From Mobula hypostoma (taxonomy: Eukaryota), in contig NC_086097.1 of assembly GCF_963921235.1 (NCBI RefSeq), positions 176,702,001 to 176,766,000 on the forward strand: DNA of 64,000 nucleotides, in the 5' to 3' direction. Positions 49,052 to 62,849 of the stretch are shown here, one piece after another. How positions within the stretch are numbered: the first letter of the stretch is position 1; every line of letters starts with the position of its first letter. Under the pieces are notes generated by a model that made no database searches, had not been told where the DNA came from, and worked only from the letters and a program-made list of their open reading frames with translations. Position numbers and translations under genes: made by a program.

Positions 49052-49291
49052 TGATGTTCTATCAATTACTCCAAAAGACTGGAAGTTGAGTAAATACTGA
49101 AAGGCTTTTATTAACAGTAAATAGACACATGTCCATGCTGAATATCTGTCCTGGACTGAGGGAGGAGCAGTGGCACAGTCGCCTTTATTCAGGGGTCTGT
49201 GGGAGGACCACAGGAGCAGTCAATAGAGGGGCATGTCCAGACATGTCCAGACAGGTAACCCAGTTACAACCTATATACATGGTTTACCACA
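49052..49291. mobile_element. Short solo LTR in a Rex1/Babar fragment
   Basis: TG...CA ends; 5-bp TSD ccacc (49047-49051, 49292-49296); host frame ARTTRLKNSYF is restored on removal. Confidence 0.85.
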
Positions 49292-49891
49292 CCACCAGAC
49301 TCAAAAACAGTTACTTTTCCCAAGCAGTAAGGCTGATCAACACTTTGACCTACTAATCCACCCCTCCACACCTCCAAAAACCACTATTTACTGTTCTGTC
49401 AGTCTCCTTATGTATAGACAGTCCTGTGCCTAGCATCATTTTATAGACATACAATCATTCTATGTATTTATATTTATAGTGTTTTTTTTTATTATTAATA
49501 TTATGTTCTTTATCTTTTTTTCCTGCCTCTGATCTGGAATAACAATTATTTCATTCTCCTTTACACTTGTGTACAGGAAATGACATTAAACAATCTTGAG
49601 TCTTGATTCTTGAACTTGATAGTAGGGTAGACCTACAGTACTTGATATTCTTGATAACCAGTAATGTCTTGTGATTGTAAAAAAAGACATACAGAACAAA
49701 CAATTACATACAGAGAGGCAGCTGCAACTGAGAGTACCAGCAACTTAGATAGGCATTATTGTGAGAACAGACACTATAGGACAAAGGGTCTGTTCCTCCT
49801 GTTCTATACCCTTCTCTGAAATTTTCCTCGGCCAGCTGGTGAGCTTTGCCTTCCTCCTGTTAATGGGATCTGACCAGCAGACACAGGAGTA

Positions 49892-50016
49892 AACACAAAA
49901 TACTCTGCAGATGCTGGGGTCAAAGCAACACTCACAACACGCTGGAGGAACTCAGCAGGTCAGGCAGCATCCGTGGAAAAGATCAGTCGACGTTTCGGGC
50001 CGGAACCCTTCGTCAG
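49892..50016 (-). mobile_element. Short Penelope terminal-repeat insertion
   Basis: 12-bp direct repeat gacacaggagta (49880-49891, 50017-50028). Confidence 0.85.
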
Positions 50017-50019
50017 GAC
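49984..50019 (-). ncRNA. Minimal type I hammerhead ribozyme motif with intact core
   Basis: gtcCTGACGAagggttccggcccGAAACGTCgactg; palindromic ACGT stem III. Confidence 0.75.
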
Positions 50020-50814
50020 ACAGGAGTACAATGCACCATGGAGAAGTTTGGTATTCTTGGGAAGCTCCATTCTTTCCTGGCCTGACATATGAGAAGTGTG
50101 ATGAATAGAGAGGCTAGGAGAGACCCACATGTCCTCCCTCCACCACCAGGCTACATAATGTAAATATATCATTATCTGACCCGGAAGCAAGCAGGTACTT
50201 GTACGTAAACATTCACAGGCAAGCTCACCTCGGTAGTGATTGAGAATGTGGTCCTTGCCTGCTTAGATCCACTGAGCTAAACAAAAAAAATCATTCCAAA
50301 CTGTCATTTTGATCAATTTTGAATTGGCAGATTTTTAATATAATGAAAATTCTGTCTCCACCCCTACCCCCAATAAACTATTTTTGTCAGTCTTTTTTTG
50401 AATCTGATCCACTTATGTTGTATGATAATTCCAAGGTTCTGAAAGCAGATAATTAAAATTCCATTAATTTAAATTTTAGATCAGCTGGAATCTGTAGGAT
50501 GCCATTTGACTTTGAATTAATCATAATAGCAAAGATCTATTGCATTAAACATACTGCAGATCACAGTGTTAATAATAAAATCATTGCTTCATCTCAATGT
50601 GGTCCAACAAAAAGTAAATAGAATGACTGACATGAAGAGGAACAAAAATTCCACAGAATTACAAAATGCTGACAACAATGACCTAATTCCTCTCGCCCCT
50701 CTGCCTCATGCTGCTGTCTAGGCAGCAGTCAACTGTCCCATCTTGTCTCCTTCATTTCATCCTGCTCCTCTTTCCTTTCTTCCTGTGTGTTCATCCTGCT
50801 TTACCTGATAAATT

Positions 50815-51340
50815 GGTAATTTGGTTTGTAATTGTCACGTGGACTGAGTTACAATGACAAACTTTGTTTTCAGTGCTATCCATATAGAGCACATTACATC
50901 AGTACAAGGGAAAACAATATCAGAATGCAGAATATGATGTTCCAGTTACAGAGAAACCATTGCGCAGGCAGACAGTAGGTTGCAAGGACATAATGAAGAT
51001 TGTGAGGTCAGGAGTATTCAGAGGTCTTAACAGAGGGAAAGAGGCTGTCCTCAAGCCTGGTGGTATGTGCTTACAGGCTTTTGTATCTTCTGCCTGATAG
51101 GAGGGTGGAGAAGGGAGAATACCTGGTGATGGGCTGGGTTTGTATGTGGCCTCCTTTATTGAGACAAAGTAATAAATAGACAGGGTCAATTGAGGAGCAG
51201 CTAGTTTCCATGACGTACCAAGATGCATCCACAACTTTGTAGTTTCTTCTGGTCCCTGGCCAAGCAGATACCATCGTAAGCCATAATGTATCTGCACAGG
51301 GTGCTTTCAATCGTGCATCTATAAAAACCGGTGAGAGCCA
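50815..51340 (-). mobile_element. Rex1/Babar 3' fragment
   Basis: FYRCTIESTLCRYIMAYDG..ARDQKKLQ. Confidence 0.78.
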
Positions 51341-51461
51341 ACAGGGATATGCTGAGGATCATTGGGGATATGCTCATACATCTCGCACCTGAACCAGCAG
51401 CTAGTGTCTGAAGCACTGATACAGAGAATTTGGAATGCCTGCCACCAAAGACGTTTACGAA

Positions 51462-52291
51462 TGTAATCCCCTCATCGCAAGCTTGTTTCATTAGCGACTT
51501 CTTCTAGCAGCCACGTGACTCAGTGGTGAGAAGGCCACTTTTTAATAAACTATACACATCTAGGGTAAGCATGATTTGGGATTCAACCAAACGGGAATGC
51601 CGTGATGTTCCAATTAAAGAAACTTCGATTTGGATGAATGCTGTTTAAGTACTGCCCATACAGAATTATCAGTTGGCAAGAAATAACAGATCATACACTG
51701 CATAAAGTTATAAAGAATGTATATTTACTAATTTCAGCTTTATCAAACAGTTATTAGGAAAAAGAAAGAAAACAAAAGGGCCCAGAACAGTTAAACCAGC
51801 TTAAATGTGCACATGACCATTGGAGCTCATCTCTTCCAATACCGGGTATTCAGGGATGTATCTCTTACTTATGCACTGGACTCATGGACTGCGCGAAAAC
51901 ACCCGCCACATTTTTGAACTCCCTCAAAGACCAACTCGAATGAACTGGCTCTCTCAGGAGGATTGGCCCTTCCTCCGTGGAGCCATTTATCTGCACAAAG
52001 CACTTCTTGCAACAAGGGCTCACCTTCCAACAGCATTCTGTGGCATCTTCCCTTCTGTCCCACTCCACAGCCCCTACCAAAAGACCCCAAACCGGGCTAC
52101 TGTCCATCATTAAATTCTATCCACCCCACTCTCTCTAGAACTTTCTCCAGATCCCACTATCCTGATTGGCTGACACGACATTCCTAAGTTGAAACAAAAC
52201 ATTCTACCAACAGAGCAGACTGCTTTTGCAGAAAATTGCTAAAATGAAATAGCAACAGCATAGCAGTAGAAATCTTAACCAGGGCATTACA
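51462..52291. mobile_element. Solo LTR (about 830 bp) in a Rex1/Babar fragment
   Basis: Termini tgtaatccc / gggcattaca; 4-bp TSD cgaa/caaa; host frame PKTFTNFYRC is restored on removal. Confidence 0.8.
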
Positions 52292-52679
52292 CAAATTTCT
52301 ATAGATGTCCAGTGGAAAACAATCTTGATTGCAAGAGGCTGCAGAGGGTTGTAGACTAAATTGTCTCCATCACTGGAACAACCCTCCCATGATCAAGAAG
52401 AAATCCACATCCATCATTAAGGGCCATCACCATCAAGGACATATCCTCTTCTCACTTCCACCACTGGGAGAGAGGTTAGGGAACCTGAAGAATCACACTC
52501 AATGATTCAGCAACAGTTTCTTCCTCTCCTCCATCAGATTTCTGCATGGTCCACGATCCCATGAACACTGCCTCACTTTTTGCTCTCATTTTGCACTACT
52601 TATTTTTGCAACTGATAGTAATTTTATATATTTATTCACTACCTCTGCTACAAAACAGCCAGTGATAATAAGCCCGGTT

Positions 52680-53785
52680 TGGGTGGAGCATTGGCTGATC
52701 GGCAAAAAACAGAGAGTGGGAATAAAGGGATCCTATTCTGGCTGGCTGTCAGTTACCAGTGGAGTTCCACAGGTGTCGCTTTTGGGACCGCTGCTTTTTA
52801 TGACGTATGTCAATGATTTGGACTATGGGATTAATGGATTTGTGACTAAGTTTGCTGATGATACAAAGATAGGTGGAGGAGCGGGTAGTGTTAAGGAGAT
52901 AGAGAGCCTGCAGAGAGACTTAGGTAGTTTAGGGGAATGGGCAAAGAAGTGGAATGGGCAAAGAAGCATGAAATACAATGTTGGAAAGTGTATGGTCATG
53001 CATTTTGGTGGAAGAAATAAACGGGCAGACTATTATTTAGATGGGGAGAGAATTCAAAAGCAGAGATACAAAGGGACTTGAGAGTCCTTGTGCAGGATAC
53101 CCTAAAGGTTAACCTCCAGGGTGAGTTGATGGTGAAAAAGGTGAATGCAATGTGAATTGGCATTCATTTCTAGAGGTATAGAATATAAGAGCAGGGATGT
53201 GATGTTAAGGCTCTATAAGATACTCATGAGACCACACTGTGAGCAGTTTTGGGCTCCTTAGTTTAGAAAGGATATACTGACATTGGAGAGGGTTCAGAGA
53301 AGATTCACGAGAATGATTCCAGGAATGAAAGGGTTACTGTATGAGGAACCTCTGGCAGCTCTTGGGCTGTATTTCCTGGAGTTCAGGAGATCTCATAGAA
53401 ACATTCAAATGTTAAAAGGCCTGAACAGATTAGATATGGCAAAGTTATTTCTTGTGGTAGGGGAGTCCAGGGCAAAAGGGCACAACTTCAGGATTGAAGG
53501 ACGTCCATTTAGAACAGGGAAGCAGAGAAATTACTTTAGTCAGAGGGTGGTAAATCTGTGGAATTTATTGCCATGAGTGGCTATAAAGGCCAAGTCACTG
53601 GGTGTATTTAAGGCAGAGATAGAAATGTTCTTGATTGGCCAGGCATCAAAGGGTATGGGGAAAAGGTAGGGCACTATGGAATGACTGGAAGAATGGAATC
53701 AGCCCATGATTGAATGGTGGGTCAGACTTGATGGGCCAAATTGCCTACTTCTGCTCCTATATCTTATGGTTTTATGGTCTTATGA
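52680..53785 (+). mobile_element. CR1 3' half
   Basis: SGVPQVSLLGP, TKFADDTK, ERVQRRFTRMIPG; tail ttatggttttatggtcttatg. Confidence 0.93.
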
Positions 53786-54889
53786 TCTGATTTTATTAAT
53801 TCAAATTATAATGAACTCAGGGAAATGTACATGTTCCGATTATACTTGGAGCCAAAGAAACAGACTATATGACTGAGTTCAGCGTAGGTCCTGTTTTAAG
53901 GCCGACACACTATTTATTTTAGCAAAGCAATACTAACACTCAGTATTGGAGTCACATCATCTGTGGACCACAGTAGTGCAAAGCTAGCTTTATCAGAAAA
54001 GGAAGCAATATTTCTTGAATGTTGCACAGTTTCATCATAAAACATGAGACTCAGTGCATGACAACATTGAATAAATACAGTTACGTGAATTAGCCAGAGA
54101 AAATAAAATTACAAAACCCTTGCTTTATAACCACATCCACAGAAAGCATGTGTCCATCTTTTCCAACAATGAAGGGGCCAGATGGTGATACAATAAAAGT
54201 AGCCCATGCACAGAGATTGACTGGACCTGATAATCCAGCATTTCTGACCATCAGAATCAACTTTATAACCACTGACTTCATAGATTCATGGAATTCTATA
54301 GCATAGAAACAGGCCCTTTGACCCATTTGGTCCATGCCAACCTGTTCTTCTGCCTTGTTCCATCTACCCGCACGTGGGCCATAGTCCTCTATACTCCTCT
54401 CATCCAAACTTCTATACCTATCCAAACTTCTCCCTGAATTCATGAAATGTGTCATTTTATGGTAGCAGTACAGTGCAAAACATAAAAATTAGCATGTTAC
54501 AAAAAAAAATTGTGCAAAACGAGAAATAGTGATGAAGTGTTCATGGGTTCAAAGGCCCTACAGAAATCTGACGGTGTAGGAAACGAACTGTTCTTAAAGT
54601 GTTGAGTGTGGGTCTTCAGGATCCCGTACCTCCTCGCTCATGGTAATAATGAGTAGCGGGCACATACTGGATCTTTAATTGGTAACCAAGCAAATAAATA
54701 TCTGAAGATATGAGATAGAGGTTATGTTGAGGTTTGCTGAAGTTTACTCCTCTGTATCCTGCTCTAAACACTGTAGACTGCCACTATTACAATTTACAAG
54801 ACAATGAATTAACTATTATGCTTACACCATGCTTGGAACTGTAACTTTAGTCTGTGGCTCAACCACACGTTGAGGCAGAAGGAAACCTC

Positions 54890-55405
54890 CTTAAGATACC
54901 TCCCAGCTCCTTGCTTCATCCCACCTTCCCTCTTGCTTGGTCTCACCTCTACACTGTCCTCTCCTATTAGGTACCTTCTTCTTCAGCCCCTTACTTCTTC
55001 CATCTATCAACTCCCAGCTTCTTACTTCAACCCCATCACACACCATCCCTCTCACCTGATCTCATTTATAATCTCTGCTCCTCCCCTGCCCATCTCCTCC
55101 TTCTGGATTCCCTTCTCCTTCCATTTTGTCCATGGTCCACTGTCCTCTCCTATCAGATTCATTCTTCTTCAGTCCTTTACCTCTTCCACTTATCATTCCA
55201 AGTTTCTTGTATCATTCCCTCTTCCCCCATCCACCAACCTACCACTCACCGAATTTCACCTATCACTTGCCAGGTTCTTATTCAGGATTCTACCCCCTTC
55301 CTTTCCAGTTTTGATGACGGGTCTCAGCCAAAACATTGAGTATTTACTTCCCTCCATAGATGCTGTCTTATTTTCTGAATTCCTCCAGCATTTTGAGCAT
55401 GTTCT
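54890..55405 (+). mobile_element. Penelope 3' region with decayed hammerhead
   Basis: agttttgatgacgggtctcagccaaaacattgag...ttcctccagcatttt. Confidence 0.75.
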
Positions 55406-56433
55406 TTAATGACAATTGATTGGTTCACTGGTTTAATGCACATTTGGAGTGCCGATAAGGACATAGCAAGTGGATGGCAGGGCCTTGGGAGTCTTGAGGA
55501 ACAGAGGAACTTCAGTGTAAACAGCGCAGAACATAGAACAGTAGAGTACAGGAACAGCCCCTTCGGCTCATTGTGTCTGCACTAAACTCGATTCCAGTTT
55601 AAACTGAACCTGTCTGCCTATACACAGTCTGTATACTTCCATCCTGTGTCTGTTTATCCATCAGTCCAAATGCCTTGTAAACGTTGTGATCACTTTTGCT
55701 TATATCGCCTCCCCAACAGCATGTTCCAGGCACCTCGGCATTGGAATTGATTTATCATTGTCACATGTACCAAATTACTGTGAGAAGCTGTTGTTTTGCA
55801 TGCCATCCAAGCAGATCATATACATTAGTGCATTGAGATAACACAAAAGGAAAACAGAATTGAGAATATAATGCTAGAGTTACAGAGAAAATGCAGTTCA
55901 GGTAAAACGTGCAAGGGTCGATTGAGAGGTAGAGTTCATCTCCAGCAGATGAGAAGTCTGTTAAAAAGTCTGATAACATGGGATAGAAGCTGTCCTTAAG
56001 CCTGGTGGCAGGTGCTCTCAGCTTCTACTTCACTATTAGAAGGTAGGGAGGGAGATGAGAGAATGGCTGGGATAGGGAGGGTCCTTGTTGGCTGATTTCC
56101 CAAAGTAGTGGACATGTAGATAGAACACAGAAATGCAACACAGAACTGTACAACAAAGTACAGACCCTTTTGTCCACAATGTAGTGTCAACATTTTAACC
56201 TACTCCAAAATCAATCTAACGATGCCCTCCCACGTAGCCCTCCAATTTTCTTTCATCCATTTGCCCATCTAGGGGTTTCTTAAATGTCCCTAATGTATGT
56301 GCTTCTCCTACCACATCTGGCAGCACATCCAAGCACCCACCACTTTATGTGTAAAAAAAATCCTGCTCTGACATGCCCCCTTATGCTTTCCTCCAAACAC
56401 ACTAAAATCATACCTTCTTGCATTAGTCATTTT

Positions 56434-56678
56434 CAGACATCCCACCCTGCAAAAACTCATTTCAGGGAGGTAGCACACCACCCCCCTGTCGACCTCCAAG
56501 GGTGTATGTAATACTTTGTTTAGTGATCTACTTAGCACGAACAGACACCAATCAGGATGCTCGCTCTCGTTCTCAAAAAAATCGATTTCCGGGATATTGT
56601 ATATAATTTCTGGGCATCAGGGAGCTGCTATCAATATGTGGGAGACCCCCGGAACTTCCAGGAGAGGTGGGATGTCCG
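56434..56678. mobile_element. MITE-like DNA transposon
   Basis: TIRs cagacatcccacc / ggtgggatgtccg; flanking direct repeat catttt(ca). Confidence 0.7.
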
Positions 56679-57539
56679 CATTTTCACCCTATCCCAGTCA
56701 TTCTTCACCTCCCTCCCTGTCTTCAGACAGTGAATTAGAAGCTGAGAGCACCTGCCACCAGGCTTAAGGACAGCTTCTACCCCATGTTATCAGACTTTTC
56801 AACACACTTCTCATCTGCTAGAGATGAACTCTGGATCTCCCAATCAACCCTTGCACTTTTTACCTGAACTAATGTTGAGTGAAGGTTGTTATTGCACCAC
56901 TCAGCCAGCTTACTCCTGTACACCTCCTCGCCACCATTTGAAATTCTGCCAACAATCAGCAAATTTATAAATAGCATTTGAGCTGTGCCTAGCACACAGT
57001 CATGGTTGTAGAGAGAATAGAGCAGTGGGCTAAGCACACATACTTGCGGTGCGCCAGTATTGATTGTGAGTGAGGAGGAGATGGTATTTCCAATCTGTAC
57101 TGATTGTAGTCTCTGGATAAGGAAGTCAAGGTTCGAGTTGCAGAGGGAGGTTCAGAGGCCTGGTTGCATGAGATGACTGGTTACATCACAGCCTGGCATG
57201 GAAACACCAATGCCCATGAATGGAAAATCTTACCAAGAGTAGTGATTATGGCTCAGTTTATCACAGCCCTCCCCACCCTTGAACACAACTATACAAAGTG
57301 CTGTCGCAGGATAGCAGCACCGTCATCAAGGACCCCACCTATCAGGAAGGTGGTACAGGACCCCTCAACACCTACTCCACCAGACTCAGGAAAAGTTATT
57401 ACCCCTCAACTATCTGGCTCTTGAACCAGAGGAGATAACTTTACTCAACTTCATTCACCCCATCACAGACCACTTCCCACAACCTATAGACTCACTTTCA
57501 AGGACTCTTCATTCTACTTGAATTAATTACTTTATTGAT

Positions 57540-57815
57540 GAAGGAGTGTATAATTTCAAATCACCCATGAAGGTCTGTCAAGGTATAATATGTTTGGCTA
57601 TTTCTGGTTTGATATCCTATTTTCGTCTGATTCAGTAAATTAGAGAGTGAGTTTACAGCTAGATAAAGCCAAATTTGGCTTGGAGAATCACCCTGAAAAA
57701 TGCCTTGGTTTATTTTGATAAGGGTGGATTTACTTTGTTGGATTTTGATAGAGAGGGTGATTACAGTATGCTTTATCAAAAGTCTTAGGAATTTCAAAAG
57801 TATTAGTTGTAGTTT
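57540..57815 (-). mobile_element. R4/Dong-clade non-LTR RT fragment
   Basis: IKINQGIFQGDSPSQIWLYLAVNSLSNLLNQTKIGY matches the clade motif GIFQGDSLSPLWFCLALNPLS. Confidence 0.7.
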
Positions 57816-58019
57816 ATAAATATTAAGAATTATTACCTTCTATTATTATCATTATTATTTTTCTTTGCACATTAGTTGTTTGTCTTTTGTGTGGTCTTTC
57901 ATTGATTCTACTGTGTTTCTTGGATTTACAGTGTATGTCCCCAAAAAAATGAACCTCAGTGTTGTATACGGTGATATATGTGTACTTTGATAATAAATTT
58001 ACTCTGAAGAGCTTGAAGA

Positions 58020-58850
58020 CTTGAAGGCCCATATTTTGGAACTTGATGATTAGTACTGAGGGATGATGGTGTTGAATGCTGAGCAGCAATCAATACATGG
58101 CAGCCTGATATAGGTATAGTTATTGTCCAGGCAATCCAAGGCCGAGTGGACAGCCAATGAGATTACATCCACTGTAGATCTATTGTTGCAAGAGGCAAAA
58201 TGCAGCAAGTCCAGGTCCTTGCTTAGGTAGATGTTAACTCTGGTCATGACCAACCTCGCTAAGTACGTCATCACAGTAGATATGAGTGCCACTGGGCAAT
58301 AGTCTCTGAGTCAGCTCACCCTGCTCGTCTTGGACATGATTGTCACTCTTTTGAAGCAGGTGGGGACCTCCAACTGCAGCAGTGAGAGATTCAAGATATC
58401 CTTGAACGCTCCTGCCAATTGGTTGGCACAGGTTTTCAATGTCCTACCAGGTAGACTATCAGGGCCAGTAAGGGTTCGCTCCCTTGAAATCTGTTCTGAT
58501 GACACAGAGATCACAGGGTAACACAGGTGTAATTTTATTCTCCCTTACATAAAAGGCATTGAGCTCATCTGGGAATGAAGTGTCACAGCCATTCATGATG
58601 TTACGTTTCACCTTGTAGGAAGTAATGGCTTTCAAACCCTGCCAGAGCTGCCGTGCATCCGATTCCATCTCTAAATTCAACTGGAATTGCTTTTCCTGCT
58701 CTTAAAGTAGCCTTCTGTAGGGCATACCTGGACGACTTGTATAATTCTGGATCACCAGTCTTAAATGCCACGGATGTAGCCCTCGACTGACTATGACTCT
58801 CCTTGTTCATCCACAGTTTTTGGTTTGGATATTGCTCAATCATCTTCATA
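58020..58850 (-). mobile_element. Rex1/Babar RT fragment
   Basis: [50 protein letters not shown]. Confidence 0.85.
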
Positions 58851-58852
58851 TG

Positions 58853-59270
58853 GCATACTCTCTAATCCAGGCAGCATCCTGGTAAAAATTTTCTGCATCC
58901 TCTTTAAAGTTTCCACCATGTCCTTCCTATAATGAAGGGACCTGGTCTGAGCAAAATATTCCGATTGTGGTCTAACTAGAGATTTATTCAGCTGCAACAT
59001 TACCTCATGGCTCTTGAACTCTATCCCCTAACTAATGAAGACCAGCACACCATTTGCTTTCTTAGCCACCCTACCAACTTGCATGACAACTTTGAGGGGT
59101 CTATGGATGTGGACCTCAAGATCCCTTTGTTGCTCCACACTGCTAAGAATTCTGCCATTAATTTTGTACTCTGCCTTAAAGTTCAACCTTCCAAAATGTT
59201 TCACTTCGCATTTTTCTAGATTGAACTCCATCTGCCACTTCTCAGCCCAGCTCTGCATCCTATAAATGTC
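58853..59270 (-). mobile_element. CR1 fragment
   Basis: WAEKWQMEFNLEKCEVKHFG. Confidence 0.88.
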
Positions 59271-61079
59271 CTACAGATAGAGTCTGTGGAGGGGAGGCTG
59301 GGTTGTGCTCATAACTCTGTGTTGGGTAGAGCAATTGCCATACTAGGCTGTGATGCATTTGATAATAGTGCATCTGTATGGATGAGTAAGCTGAACTTCC
59401 TTAACCTACCAGTGTAAAATATATGCCTTATAAATCTCCCCTTAACTTTTCTCTCTCACTTTAAATCTATGCCTTCTAGTGTTAGATATTTACACCCTAT
59501 GAAAAAGACTATCTACACAAGAAATGGAAAGTCATTTTCCAACTGTCTATGCGTCTCATTATTTTATATATTTCTGTACTGACAGGTAAAATGGGCCAAA
59601 ATACTACATTCAATTTGTGTTATCCTGCGAATTCCTACAGGGAACAATTTAATGTGAATCTTTTGCTTCTTGCGGCTACACCCCATTTTATTACCTGCAA
59701 TTCTGACCATCATTCGATTGCATTTCCATTTCAGTGAGAAAGGGGAGCTTACACCACATCGATCAAAGATTTTACCACTTGAGATAAACAATTGCAAACT
59801 CCGCTGGGCCTTTGCGGGAATAAATCAAAATCAAGAACAGGTTAATTCAATCTTCGAGTGCACATTACGGAGTGGAGCCATGGTTAAATTCTGTGTACAC
59901 AGCAGTGAAGTAGTAGCAGTAACTCTGCTTCCAGGCTCCAATACGGAATAAATGTAAGCGAGACGCATTGATAATATCTTACTGTCACAGAGCAACACGG
60001 GTTAGTTCTCAGAAGGCTTTCTGCTTCTATTGCTTGTCTGATTCAGCTTCATTTAATTTTATTTGAACAGATTTTACACCTCGCTGGGGTAACACAGTGG
60101 TGGAAGCAAGGTCAATGTAGTGCACTTAATACCACAGGAAACATTTTCACTTCTTCCTCACCAATAAATAAGTTACTAAAATAGTCTCAGAGTCCAGATT
60201 TGCCTCCAAAAGACAGAGCCTTGTGGCTCATGATTCAGCGATCATACCTTTACTTACTTTTGATTCTGATAAGCTGGTAAGTTAAATAAGCTTATTATTG
60301 TCACATGTACTAAGATACAGTAAAAAAACATTGCTTTGCCTGCCACCCATACAGATCACTTCGTTACGTCTGTGCATTGAGGTTGTACAGGGATAAGCAG
60401 TATCAGAGTGCAGAATAAAGCATTACAATTACAGAGGAAGTGAAGTGCAGGTAGACCACGTACGCAAGTGCTATGAAGAGGTAGCTTGTGGGGTCAAGAG
60501 TACAACTGCACTCCATTCAATAATCTTACAACAGTGGGGTGGAAGCTGTCCTTGAGCCTATTGGTACATACTTTCAGGCTTTTGTATCTTTCATCTGATG
60601 GGAGGGAGCACGAGGAGATTGGCTGGGGTGGGAGAGGTCTTAATTATGTTGGCTACTCTATTCATGCACTGAGAATTGCAGACAGATGTCATGGAGGGGA
60701 GGCTGGTTTCTGTGATGTGTTGAACTGTATCAACAACTCTGCAGTTTCTAGCAGTCTCTGAGACAGCAGCTGCCATATCAAGCAATGACGCGCCCAGATA
60801 GAAAGCTATCTATTGCATTCAATAACAATCGATAAGGGTCAAGGGCAACATGCCAGGCTTCGCTGGCCTCCTGAGGATGTAGAAGAGTGGTTGAGCTTTA
60901 TTGACCATAGTGTCTACGAGGTTGGTTCAGTACAGGTTTTAGTGATGCCCACACCCACATTTCAGAAAGTCTGATCACCTGGCTGTACTTCTACTCCCTG
61001 AATATAGGCAAAATCTGGAGACTGCAGCACCAGTAAAGAGGACCAAGAAAGTGTGGACAAAAGAGGCAGAGGAACGTTT

Positions 61080-61670
61080 ACAGTCCTCATTGAGAGTTCA
61101 GAAGTAGAAAGGGAGAGCAATTTCAAGTTCCTATGTGTAGACATCTCTGAGGATTGAACCTGGGCCCAACATGTTGATGCAGTTACAAAGAAGACACAGC
61201 ATTGCTATATTTCATTAGGTGTTTGAGGAGACTTGGTATGTCACCCAAGACACTCTCAAGTTTCTACAGATGTACCGTGGAGAGCATTCTAACAGGCTAC
61301 ACCACTATCCAGTATGGTGGTGGGGAGGCATTGTGGAGGATTTAAATAGCTATGGGAAGTTGTAAACTTAGTCAGCTCCGTTATGGGCACGAGCATCCCC
61401 AGCATCCAGGACACCTTCAGGAGCAATGCCTCGAGAAGGTGCATTCAGGATCCCCATCACCCACAACATGCCCTCTTCTGATTGCTGCCATCATAGAGGA
61501 GGTTCAGGAGCTGGAAAGCACACAATCAGCTATTCAGGAATAGATTTCTTTTTTAATGCATTTTTAAAACTGTAATTTACAGTTTTTATTTATATGTATT
61601 GCATTACGCTGCTGCTGCTGCATAACAATGAATTTCATGACATATGCCAGTGATACTAAACCTGATTCTG
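61080..61670 (+). mobile_element. Rex1/Babar 3' fragment
   Basis: FKFLCVDISE, KFLQMYRGEHS / FYRCTVESIL; tail aaacctgattctga. Confidence 0.78.
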
Positions 61671-62849
61671 ATGTTCACTCCCAGGAAACTGAAGTTTCCG
61701 ACCCTCTCGACCTCAGCTTCATTGATGTAAGCTGTTGATTATCAGCACTTGAGATGATTTTAGCAGTCAACGTCTCTTGTGAGAAGAGGTTTGAAATGAT
61801 TGACCCTCAACACCACTTATCATAAGGCCTCAACATGGAAAGAGACTCTTTGTTACATTCTTGAACGAACTCTCCATTTAATGTCTTTCTTCTTATTGTC
61901 TCTGTGGCCCTCCAGACGTATTTCCTCCAGAATACATCCAATACCTTTCTGAAGGTTCTGCTTTGAACTTGTCATCAATGCTTTCCCAGTTCCCTGCAAA
62001 GAAATTGGCAAGAAAGATTCTCTTTGCATTTGGTAGCATGAAGATAGATAGTGGGAGAAAACAAAAGTGAGTGCCAAATGAGGAGCTGAAGAAGATTGAA
62101 TAACTCACCTCCTCGCTCCCCAAAGCCTGCAGAATACTTACTATTCACTATTCACTATTTGTATGTGTTGCACTATTTGCAAAGCCCAAGTCAGGAGTGT
62201 GATGGAAAACTCTTCACTTGTCCCAATGAGTGCACCTTCAACAACCCTCAAGACGCTTGACTGCCCAGGACCTACCATCCAGCCTGTTCGATAGGTATCC
62301 CATTCACTCACTCCACCACCAACAAACAGTAGCAGTGCTTGTACCATCTACAGGAGATACTGTGGCAGCTCACCAAGACTCTTTAGGCAGCACTTTCCAA
62401 AACCACCTCCTCTAACAACTGGAAGAACAAGGATAGCAAAAGCACAATGACCATTACCCCCTGGATTTTGACGTCCAAGCCACACACCATCCTCTCTTGG
62501 AAATACTGTATATTGCCCTTCCTGCACCATCACTGGGTCAGAATCCTGGAATGCCCTCCTTAATTGCATTGTGATATTGGTTTATTATTGCCAAGTGTAC
62601 CAAGGTATACTGAAAAGGTGTGTTTGTGTGCCATCCAGAAAGATCTTGCCATACATAATTAGATCAAATTAGTAAAGAGAAAATAGAATGCAGAATATAG
62701 TGTTGCAGTTACAGAGAAAGGGTGGTGCAGATAGACGAATAAACTGCAAGGGCCGTGATACAGTAGATTAGGAGATCAAGAGTTCATCTTTTAGCATACG
62801 AGAGGCTCATTCAAGATAGAACCTGTCCTTGAAATTGATGGTCTGATTT

